The notes under the pieces are model-generated. The model did not search any database. It saw only the letters and a list, made by a program, of their open reading frames with translations, and had not been told where the DNA came from. A program made the translations under genes and the position numbers. Shown here piece by piece: positions 1 through 7,700 of a DNA stretch of 64,000 bases; position 1 is the first letter of the stretch; each line of letters begins with the position of its first letter. Source of the DNA: Candidatus Liptonbacteria bacterium (lineage in GTDB: Bacteria; Patescibacteriota; Minisyncoccia; UBA6257; 2-01-FULL-56-20); contig JACQKW010000013.1 in the NCBI GenBank assembly GCA_016204385.1, forward strand, positions 12,507 through 76,506. Direction: 5' to 3'.

Positions 1-486
1 AAGTATTGCGGAAATCTCGCCGTACGAAAGCTCGGCGACGTACCGCAAGCGAAACAGTTCCTGCTCATATTCGTCGAGTGTTTTCATAAACTCGTTGAGG
101 TGTTTGGTTTCAAGCGCGTCCTCATACTGGCGTTCCGGGTTATGCGTCGCAATCGCCTCCACTTGGGCCATTTCTCCCACGTCAGAGAATGCATACTCCC
201 GTTTGTGCCGGAAATGATCGGTAACGGTGTTCCGCGCAAGCTGCCAGAACCATACGGCAAAATTTCCGCGCGAAGGATCGAACAAATCAATCTTCGTGAC
301 AAGCTTCAGGAAGATCTCCTGTGTGAGGTCTTCGGCATAATCTCTGCGGTGGAGGCGGTTCACGCAAAAGCCGTACACCTTTTCGACGAGTTCCCGATGG
401 AGCGTGTCCGCGGCGCGCGAATCGCCTTTTTTCATGCGCATCGCGAGCCTGCTTAATTTGTCGGTGATAAAAATTCGGCCTTTCAT
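1..486 (-). CDS. RNA polymerase sigma factor, sigma-70/ECF type (C-terminal part runs off left edge)
   Basis: Own translation of the minus strand from ATG at 486-484: MKGRIFITDKLSRLAMRMKKGDSRAADTLHRELVEKVYGFCVNRLHRRDYAEDLTQEIFLKLVTKIDLFDPSRGNFAVWFWQLARNTVTDHFRHKRE...LFRLRYVAELSYGEISAIL. The frame is open to position 1, so it is absent from the ORF track (no stop). Sigma region 2 and the start of region 4 are recognisable. Confidence 0.7.
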   Translation of the reverse strand, partial: MKGRIFITDKLSRLAMRMKKGDSRAADTLHRELVEKVYGFCVNRLHRRDYAEDLTQEIFLKLVTKIDLFDPSRGNFAVWFWQLARNTVTDHFRHKREYAFSDVGEMAQVEAIATHNPERQYEDALETKHLNEFMKTLDEYEQELFRLRYVAELSYGEISAIL

Positions 487-599
487 AAAAGATACGCGCT
501 GCAATTGGGGTCATTGCCCGTATATTCGCACAGTCCACTATACCGCACGCAGGAACATCCTTTCAACCTCCGTCTCGTGTGATACTATAGTAAAGAAAT

Positions 600-1889
600 A
601 TGGCATACCGCCGCATGACATTCCGAAAAACCGCGGTTCTCGCGCTGTTCATTGCGATTTTCGTCATCGTTTCGCTTGCGCCGCACGGCGCCCGCGCGCA
701 GTTTGAGAGGACGCAAATTGAAGTGCAGACGCTCTCTGCCGTTCTGTCTCGACTCAAAGAGCGCGTTCGTGAGCTTCGGGCAGAAATTTTGAAGGCGCAG
801 TTGGATGTGCGCTCTTCGCCCCCTGTTCCTGCCGCCGCGGCGAACCCAACGCCGAGCATCGCAGAGAAACTCGCGCGGCAGTTGCGGATCGGAGCGCAGG
901 GAGAGGACGTCCTAATCCTCCAGGCGCTCCTTGCGGCAGATTCCGGAATCTATCCCGAAGGGCTTACGACGGGATACTTCGGCACGCTCACCGAAGCGGC
1001 AGTAGTACGGTTCCAGTCGAGAAACGGGATATCTCCCATCGGACTCGTGGGGCCGCAGACCCTCGGAGCGCTGAACGAAATCCTAAGAAAGAATGAATTT
1101 TTATTCAGGTTCGATGATTCTTCTCGAACGCCGCTCTGCGCAATCGTGCCCGGAGGGAACATTCCCGAAGGATGGAGGCGAACGCGCGAAGGAGGATTGC
1201 ATGTCGTGCCGGTGTGCGGAATGCCTCCTCTCGCAGCCACGAATGAAAAAGAGGTACTGCGCACACCCTCCCCCGCGGGTTCCGGAACGACAACCGTTGA
1301 TATCTCCCCTCCTTCCATCGAAGGAGTGCGCATTGAACCCGGGCCTTTCCATGCCACGGTGAGTTGGACGACGAATGAGCCCTCTGATTCGCGCGTAGCG
1401 TACGGCGAAACCGTGACGTACGGATTCTCCACGGCGCTCCTTTCAATACTCCGCACGGGCCATTCGCGCACGCTCACGGGGCTGAATGCGAGCACCACGT
1501 ACCATTTTGAGATCCACGTGCGGGATGCGCGAGGAAACGCCACATCGTCCCCGGACCAGGCGTTTACCACTGCGGACCTTCCCCCGCCAGACACCGCGCC
1601 GCCGCTCATCCGTGATGTGAGCGTGAGCGCAAGTTCGACCACTGTGAGGATTTCATGGTTTACCGACGAGGTGGCATCGAGCCGGATATACTATGCGTCC
1701 GCAACAAGCTCGCTCGACCTTGCCGCGACGAGCACGCGGAGGGTGATACGCAGCGCGCTCGCCACCGATCATTTCTTCGATATCACCGCGCTTCAGGCAA
1801 GCAGTACATATTATTATGTCATCGAATCCTCTGATGCGGCGAATAATATTTCAACCTCGACTACGCAGTCATTCCGCACGACGGATTGA
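600..1889 (+). CDS. secreted protein with peptidoglycan-binding domain and FN3-like repeats
   Basis: N-terminal signal/TM (VLALFIAIFVIVSLAPHGARA). PG_binding_1-like segment (LILQALLAADSGIYPEGLTTGYFGTLTEAAVVRFQSRNGISPIGLVGPQTLGALN). Two repeats of the type ATVSWTTNEPSDSRVAYG / VRISWFTDEVASSRIYY. Confidence 0.65.
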   Translation: MAYRRMTFRKTAVLALFIAIFVIVSLAPHGARAQFERTQIEVQTLSAVLSRLKERVRELRAEILKAQLDVRSSPPVPAAAANPTPSIAEKLARQLRIGAQGEDVLILQALLAADSGIYPEGLTTGYFGTLTEAAVVRFQSRNGISPIGLVGPQTLGALNEILRKNEFLFRFDDSSRTPLCAIVPGGNIPEGWRRTREGGLHVVPVCGMPPLAATNEKEVLRTPSPAGSGTTTVDISPPSIEGVRIEPGPFHATVSWTTNEPSDSRVAYGETVTYGFSTALLSILRTGHSRTLTGLNASTTYHFEIHVRDARGNATSSPDQAFTTADLPPPDTAPPLIRDVSVSASSTTVRISWFTDEVASSRIYYASATSSLDLAATSTRRVIRSALATDHFFDITALQASSTYYYVIESSDAANNISTSTTQSFRTTD

Positions 1890-2019
1890 GTTTTTCTGAT
1901 GTTCCCGCGTGCCCCCGCACCGAACGCCGGAGCATGAAAAGAGTCTTACGAAACGATACGCCGCAGAAGATGGCGACGGTTTCGGATAGATGTTTCTCCG
2001 CATTAGGTGTGGGGGTTGA

Positions 2020-2052
2020 CCCCTCACTTATGGCTTATGCATAAGTGAGGGG
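2020..2052 (+). terminator. 13-bp-stem hairpin downstream of 600..1889
   Basis: cccctcacttatg (2020-2032) pairs with cataagtgagggg (2040-2052). It is flanked by ggttgac direct repeats and followed by a weak T-run. Confidence 0.4.
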
Positions 2053-2119
2053 TTGACTCGATTTTTATAGATGGTATACTTTTTGCACGTCGAATAGGTA
2101 TGCCCCGCGTGGGCGTTTT

Positions 2120-2566
2120 TTGTTGGAAAATATGGCTTTAACTATACTGATAGTGCGGCTTTTCGCGCTGTTACCGCTTATACCGGTGAGCGTGCAAGGC
2201 ATTCCCGGAATGATCGGTGCGGATTTACAAGAACAAGCTGCATTCCCGGAAAATGCCCTAAAGAGCATGCGTATCGTGCACGTCACCGCATATTCGAGCA
2301 CTCCGGAGGAAACGGACGATACCCCGTTTGTAACCGCATCGGGTACCGCGGTGCGCGACGGCGTGATTGCGGCGAATTTTCTCCCGTTTGGGACAAAAGT
2401 CCAAATTCCCCGGCTCTTCGGTCAGAAGTTATTTGTCGTCGAGGACCGCATGCACCGGCGAAAGGAAAATTTCGTCGATATATGGATGCCGGCGAAATCC
2501 GACGCACTGCGATTTGGCATTCACGAAGCGGAACTCATTATCCTCGCGGACGGAGAGGGAAAATGA
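2120..2566 (+). CDS. 3D domain-containing protein (RlpA/MltA-like double-psi beta-barrel)
   Basis: HVTAYSSTPEETDDTPFVTASGTAVRDGVIAANFLPFGTKVQIP...VVEDRMHRRKENFVDIWM matches the 3D-domain pattern. N-terminal signal-like segment present. Confidence 0.75.
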   Translation: MLENMALTILIVRLFALLPLIPVSVQGIPGMIGADLQEQAAFPENALKSMRIVHVTAYSSTPEETDDTPFVTASGTAVRDGVIAANFLPFGTKVQIPRLFGQKLFVVEDRMHRRKENFVDIWMPAKSDALRFGIHEAELIILADGEGK

Positions 2567-2592
2567 ATAACCGCACCGCAGAGCGGTGCGGC
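2562..2592 (+). terminator. hairpin overlapping the stop codon; exact 31-bp copy at 30896..30926
   Basis: aatgaataaccgcaccgcagagcggtgcggc with a 9-bp stem ccgcaccgc/gcggtgcgg. A second hairpin ccccgca/tgcgggg plus T-run lies at 2626-2648. Confidence 0.5.
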
Positions 2593-2641
2593 ATCGCACC
2601 CGATCTGCGGGGAGCGGCTTATTCACCCCGCACCTGCGGGG

Positions 2642-3187
2642 TTATTTTGTTGATTGCATAATGAAATACGGAAGGAAATTGCGCGGCTCGAACGAGACGT
2701 GAACGCCGCCGAATACGTCCGCAAGCATAGACGCCATAAGGAACGAGTGCTGATAGAGAAGCATAAGGCCGCCGGTTTCGAGCGCGCGATGGGAGCGTTC
2801 CACCAGTTCCCTGCGCGCCTGGGGCGCGAGAAACGAGAAAGGGATTCCCGAAATGATCGCGTGAATCTTTGGAAGGCCGAGCGCGTTCAGATTTTTTGAC
2901 ACGTGCACCACGTCCGCATCCAGGGATACGAGGCGCTTGTCCTCGATGCGCCGGAGTTCGGAAAGCAATTCCTTATTTTTTTCAATCGCGACGAGCTTGC
3001 CGTCCGGCGGGAGCGCACGCAGAAGGTATTTTGTGATGACGCCGTCACCCGCGCCGTATTCCACAATGTATTTGCACCCGGGTTTGATCTCGCGAGAAAC
3101 CCTTTCGCATACAAATTTTGAGCTTTTGCTTAGTGCCGCAATATGCGGATCCTTCAAGACGGATGTAATAAATTTTCGGTACGTCAT
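2642..3187 (-). CDS. class I SAM-dependent methyltransferase
   Basis: Motif I-like VEYGAGDGVITKYLL followed by an acidic residue after beta-2 (LVAIEKN). Size and layout resemble small rRNA/phospholipid N-methyltransferases. Confidence 0.7.
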   Translation of the reverse strand: MTYRKFITSVLKDPHIAALSKSSKFVCERVSREIKPGCKYIVEYGAGDGVITKYLLRALPPDGKLVAIEKNKELLSELRRIEDKRLVSLDADVVHVSKNLNALGLPKIHAIISGIPFSFLAPQARRELVERSHRALETGGLMLLYQHSFLMASMLADVFGGVHVSFEPRNFLPYFIMQSTK

Positions 3188-3202
3188 ATTCGTGCGTTTT
3201 GA

Positions 3203-4585
3203 TTATATCATAGATTGAATACCTCGAAGTTTTTTGTGATAGGTGATCGCAAAGCGGTGCGCTTCGTCGCGGACGCGGATGAGCGTTCTTTTCTCTACGC
3301 CCTTGGGGATTATGCCGATTATGTCGTTACGTTTCCGCTCCGGGCCTTTCGCGATGCCGATCACAGGAATTTTAAGGCCGGCCTCGGAGAGCACGTGCTT
3401 CGCCGCATTTACCTGTCCCCTGCCGCCGTCAATCAAAATGAGATTCGGAAGCGGCCACCCTAAATCGCCGTGGGCGATCGGGTGTCTGAACCGCCGCCGA
3501 AGCACTTCTTTGAGCATTCCCACATCGTCCGATTTCTGGATTGTCCGAATTTTGAACTTGCGATACTCGTTTTTATCGGGCTTGTCTCCTCTGAAAACCA
3601 CCATCGAGCCCACCGCGGACGTTCCGGAAATGTTCGAGATGTCATAGCCCTCGATGCGATAATGAGGAGTGAGAATTGAGAAGTGAGTAGTGAGCTCGTT
3701 GTCGCCGATTAAGGCAACATCCTGAATGTGCTGTAGCGCAAAAATCTGGCGGCGAATTGTTTCCGCTTTTTCAAATTCAAGCGCTTTGCTCGCCGCCTTC
3801 ATTTCATGTTCAAGCGACGTGAGGATCATCCCCTTTTTGCCGCGAAAGAACAGCTTGAGATTCTTGATATTCTTTGCATACTCTTTTTGGTTTATCGCAC
3901 CCACGCACGTGCCCGGGCAAAGCCCGATTTCATATTCAAAGCATGGCCGCCTTCGGCTCTCATAATGCGAATCTTCGAATGTGTGCGAATGCTGCCTGCC
4001 CGACTTTGCCTGAGGCAAACTCAGGCGGGCGGGCGAATTGCGAATCCACCGATTGTCGACTGGCAGATTTGGATGAGTACCATAAGGGAAAATTCGCCGC
4101 ATGATTTTGAGCGCCTCGCGGATGCTCCCGGCCGAAGTAAACGGTCCATATCTCTCCCCTGCCGGTTTGGACTTGCCTGCCTGCCCAAGGCCCCGCATTT
4201 GCGGAGCCTCGCCTTTGGCGGGGCGTGGCCGATAGACATGGCCGCGCACAAGGAGGACGCGCGGAAACGCTTCTTTCGTGAACTCCACATAGAGAAAACT
4301 CGTGTCGTCTTTCTCGCGGACATTGTAGGGCGGCTGGTGCTTCTTGATGAGTTCCGCTTCAAGAATAAGCGCCTCGATTGCCGTGTCGGTTTTCTTATAC
4401 TCGATCTTTTTAATTTCGCGTACGAGCTTTTGGATGCGGTAGTCGTGTGGGCGCAGAAAATAGCTCGACACCCGCCGCCGCAAGTTTCCCGCTTTGCCGA
4501 TGTAGAGAATTTTGCCTCTCTCGCCCTTCATGAGATAAACGCCGGGCGAAATAGGCAATTTTTCATAAAGAGTTTTCATGTTCAC
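3203..4585 (-). CDS. uvrC: excinuclease ABC subunit C (short form, no C-terminal HhH2)
   Basis: GIY-YIG N-terminus (PGVYLMKGERGKILYIGKAGNLRRRVSSYF), UVR-like helix (LEHEMKAASKALEFEKAETIRRQIFAL), and an endonuclease domain ending RDEAHRFAITYH. Contains repeat-derived in-frame inserts (see findings). Confidence 0.88.
   Translation of the reverse strand: MNMKTLYEKLPISPGVYLMKGERGKILYIGKAGNLRRRVSSYFLRPHDYRIQKLVREIKKIEYKKTDTAIEALILEAELIKKHQPPYNVREKDDTSFLYVEFTKEAFPRVLLVRGHVYRPRPAKGEAPQMRGLGQAGKSKPAGERYGPFTSAGSIREALKIMRRIFPYGTHPNLPVDNRWIRNSPARLSLPQAKSGRQHSHTFEDSHYESRRRPCFEYEIGLCPGTCVGAINQKEYAKNIKNLKLFFRGKKGMILTSLEHEMKAASKALEFEKAETIRRQIFALQHIQDVALIGDNELTTHFSILTPHYRIEGYDISNISGTSAVGSMVVFRGDKPDKNEYRKFKIRTIQKSDDVGMLKEVLRRRFRHPIAHGDLGWPLPNLILIDGGRGQVNAAKHVLSEAGLKIPVIGIAKGPERKRNDIIGIIPKGVEKRTLIRVRDEAHRFAITYHKKLRGIQSMI
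3667..3694. repeat. 4 x 7-bp tandem NNNTGAG repeat inside uvrC
   Basis: gagtgag aattgag aagtgag tagtgag. It encodes LTTHFSILTPH on the minus strand. Confidence 0.7.
3988..4045. repeat. palindromic element B, copy 1 (in frame inside uvrC)
   Basis: aatgctgcctgcccgactttgcctgaggcaaactcaggcgggcgggcgaattgcgaat. About 96% identical to 62400..62454. Internal dyad cctgagg/ctcagg and outer gcctgcccg/cgggcgggc. Confidence 0.85.
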
Positions 4586-4653
4586 TATTTTACCTGTTCC
4601 TCACAAAAAACAAAAAAATCCGAACTATTTCCTGTGACAACCTTGAGGCGGCG

Positions 4654-4692
4654 TACTGTCCTGTTTGACGACCGTTCAGTAGGACAGTAATT
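4654..4692. repeat. hairpin element F, copy 1
   Basis: tactgtcctgtttgacgaccgttcagtaggacagtaatt with an 8-bp stem actgtcct/aggacagt. Paralogous to 9578..9616. Confidence 0.7.
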
Positions 4693-4734
4693 TATAGAAA
4701 TAAGAAGGAAAAAGCCTCAAAACGAGGTTCAAGA

Positions 4735-4764
4735 TAAAAAAGACCGCCCGAGGAGGCGGTCTTT
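4735..4764. terminator. bidirectional intrinsic terminator after the giant gene
   Basis: aaaaaagaccgcc-cgaggag-gcggtctttt: A-run, 7-8-bp GC stem, T-run. Confidence 0.7.
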
Positions 4765-4781
4765 TAATGCGCATTACGTTT

Positions 4782-7700
4782 CTACCGTTCGTACATTTTC
4801 CAGTTCCCGAGCATGATCTGTCCGATGCTCGTGTCCTGCCACACGACATCCCAACCCCTCAACGCAGTCGGCGATAAAGGATCGTACCTCAAGATCGTTG
4901 GCGGCGATGGCAGCGTTACGCTGAGCGGAAGGTTGGTCCCGGGGTTCACGACAATGATTTCGTCTTTTGTGTCGGGCCCAACCACAAGCGCGATCAATTC
5001 TGCTCGAAGTCGGGCCTCCTGCGCCGCTATTTTCCCTAATTTTTGGTCCTCATTCTTTTTGTCCTTTGCATCGGTTGAGCTTATAAGCGCGCTCAATTCC
5101 GCTCGAAGTCGGGCTTCCTGCGCCAATAGTTTCTCTAATTTTTTGCCCTCATTCTTGCCGTGTGTTTCATTTTGTCTGCCGTTCTTCCCTTTTCCATTCG
5201 AGTCGAGCGGAGTGCCGAGCGTTTCTTCATCGGGCGGCGGCGGCGCGAACACATTTGGCCTTGTGTTGGGCGCGTTCACATTCCCTGCGTAGAGACGGTC
5301 GCCGGAGCGGAGTTGGTGGACGCCAAACATGCTCCCTTCAAGAGGCCCGGTAAAGTATTTGAGCGACCACGTGCTTGAGGGAGCATTGAAGTTTTGCGCA
5401 TGCAGGAATGACGGATTATGGCTTATCAATTCGTCTACCCCGTCCCCGTCAATATCCGCAGAGAGAAAAGCATCTTCTAAACTGTGGCCTGTCACGCCAA
5501 GATTCCATGACCCGATTGTACCGAACACGCGAGGTGTAACGAGGCGGTCTGGACTGTCGTTCCACTGCGTGACCCAATCGTTGAATGCAGTATTGAAGTT
5601 TTGGATCTGTGCGTTTGTGCCGTCGTTCACACCATCTCTATTCTGGTCACCGTCACGACCTTGAAATATGTTTAGGAGGCCTATGGTCGAAAAGAGACTT
5701 TGGGTGGACGTTGCTGCATCAAGATTCAGAAAGTTGAACTGATCTCCGAATCGAATCGGCCAACTTGATTCGTTTCCACATCCTCGTGGGCTACATACGC
5801 TTGAAGCCGTCAGCTGATGCGAATACCTTGCCATTTCCTGCCAAGGATCTGCTCCACCTCGGAAGCGGATAATGCTTGCCTCGGAAATTCCGCCTGCTCC
5901 CGGGGAGAAGCGCTCGCGAGCATTATTCCCGATATAAGGATACATGATGAGCATTTCCTCCCGCTCGTCCGGCTCGTTCCCGAAATTCCCGATATTTCCA
6001 AATATGATCATGTCCGTGGGATGCAGTTTCCACGGGCCCAGCATGCCGCTAATAATGCCGCTCACGCTGTCCCGGTTATCCCACACGGTTTCCCACGAAT
6101 AGGTCGCGGTCGCGCAGTCAAACCCGCCGCTCCGGAAGATTTTCTGGAGCATGGCGCGCGCCGGAGTCCCCGCGCTTATGCTTAAAAGTTCTGCTCTCCC
6201 CTCAAGCGCGAAGAGCCGCGTTTCGGGCAGGAAGAACCGGTCGCCCTTGTCTATCGTCCACGCGCCAAGCGAACCCTGTCCTTGCGAAATGACATTCCAG
6301 ATACCGTCCCTGAATTGCTGAACCATGAATTTTTTCGTCATCGTGTTTACGGTGAGCACCTCGTTTCCGCATCCGGTCATGTCGCCCACGAGCACGATGT
6401 CGCTTGACGGTATTTTCCCTTTGTCGGCATAGGTTCCGTCGCTCCACAACAGCTTATTAGAAAATTCTTCCTGCGAAGTGAACCTGTCCAATTCGTTGAA
6501 AATAAAAGCTTCGGTCGAGGTTGGGGGCCTCACGCCGGCGGTAAAGACGTGTTCCACATTAACTGGCTCGTACCAAATGGCGTCAAACGGGGAGTTCGAT
6601 TTGACGTTCGGATCCATTTGGAATCCAAACTTCGATTGGTCTTCCGGCGCGTACCAGATGTCGCTTGGGACGGTTTGCGGTCCTGCTACGCCATACTCAA
6701 CCTCAGTAACCCATCCGTAGCTTATTTCTTTCCGGGTGGTGACATTTTCGGTGACCGAACTTGTGCCCGCCGCTTCATAATTCAATGCGCTAAAGAGAGG
6801 GATAAACGGGCTGTGATCGAGCTGAGATGTGATATTGCACGGCGGCCCGTTTTCGCATCTCAACATAGCTGGAGCCGTTGAGTTGTTGAACTTATCTTTA
6901 AGCTTTCGCGCCGCAAAGGTTGAGCCGCCGGGGATCATATCCAAATCCTGCCATCCGCTTAAAATTTCATATTCGTAAGATAAATATAACGATCTGCCTA
7001 TGGGAATTCGTATAGGAGGACCAAAGGGATCTAAGGGATTTGGAATTATGATAAACCCGGCTGGCTTTGTTACCCACGCATCGAGAATTCTCTCTCCCGC
7101 AGTTCTCGAAACCCCTTCGGTTCGAGCATCAATATCAAGGCCGTACCACAAGCTTCTGAAAGTGATGGACTCGAGATGTTCAAACGTTCGGGCAAGAAAG
7201 TCGTTAGATTGCTTTACTACATTATCCTGGGTAAGTCCCTGGCCGCTCCCCTGCGACATCGCCACCTTTCGCAGTTTCTGCGGCATACCGGTGCCGCCGT
7301 TTAACGCCCTCACCTCGTCGTAGAACCTGGAGTGATAGCTATCCGGGAATACCAAGCCGGTATTGTAGTGCCGCCGGAGCAGTTCCTTTGCCGCTGGGCT
7401 GTTGATGGCAATGCGGAACGGTATTGCGTCGTCGTTAAATTGCGAGAGGAAATCGAAAAGTCCCTGCAAGCTCACGGGAATGTGGGCGCCCACAAACGGG
7501 CCGTCAATCGCGATCCAGAGGCCCGTGTGGTGGTCTATGTTCTGCCCCTCGAGCTTCGCCAAGGCATAGCGCGTAACCTGCGTGCCCATCGAACCCGCCA
7601 TTACGATAGCCCGCTGGTTTTCATATCCCGGCTTCATGGTAAGCCACGGCTTGGGAAGATGAATGTTTTTCAAAATCTCCATAAGCGCAAATGCATTCCT

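Noticed and set aside
950-1642. Long antisense or out-of-frame ORFs. Examples: 950..1642(-), 3806..4690(+), 7332..7850(+), 16695..17450(+), 17582..18238(+), 24363..24890(+), 34079..34759(+), 34841..35533(+), 38503..39240(+), 47678..48151(+), 58078..58614(-)
   Set aside because: Each lies opposite a well-supported gene with clear family motifs. Each has Arg/Ser/Pro-rich low-complexity translation typical of the antisense of GC-rich coding DNA.
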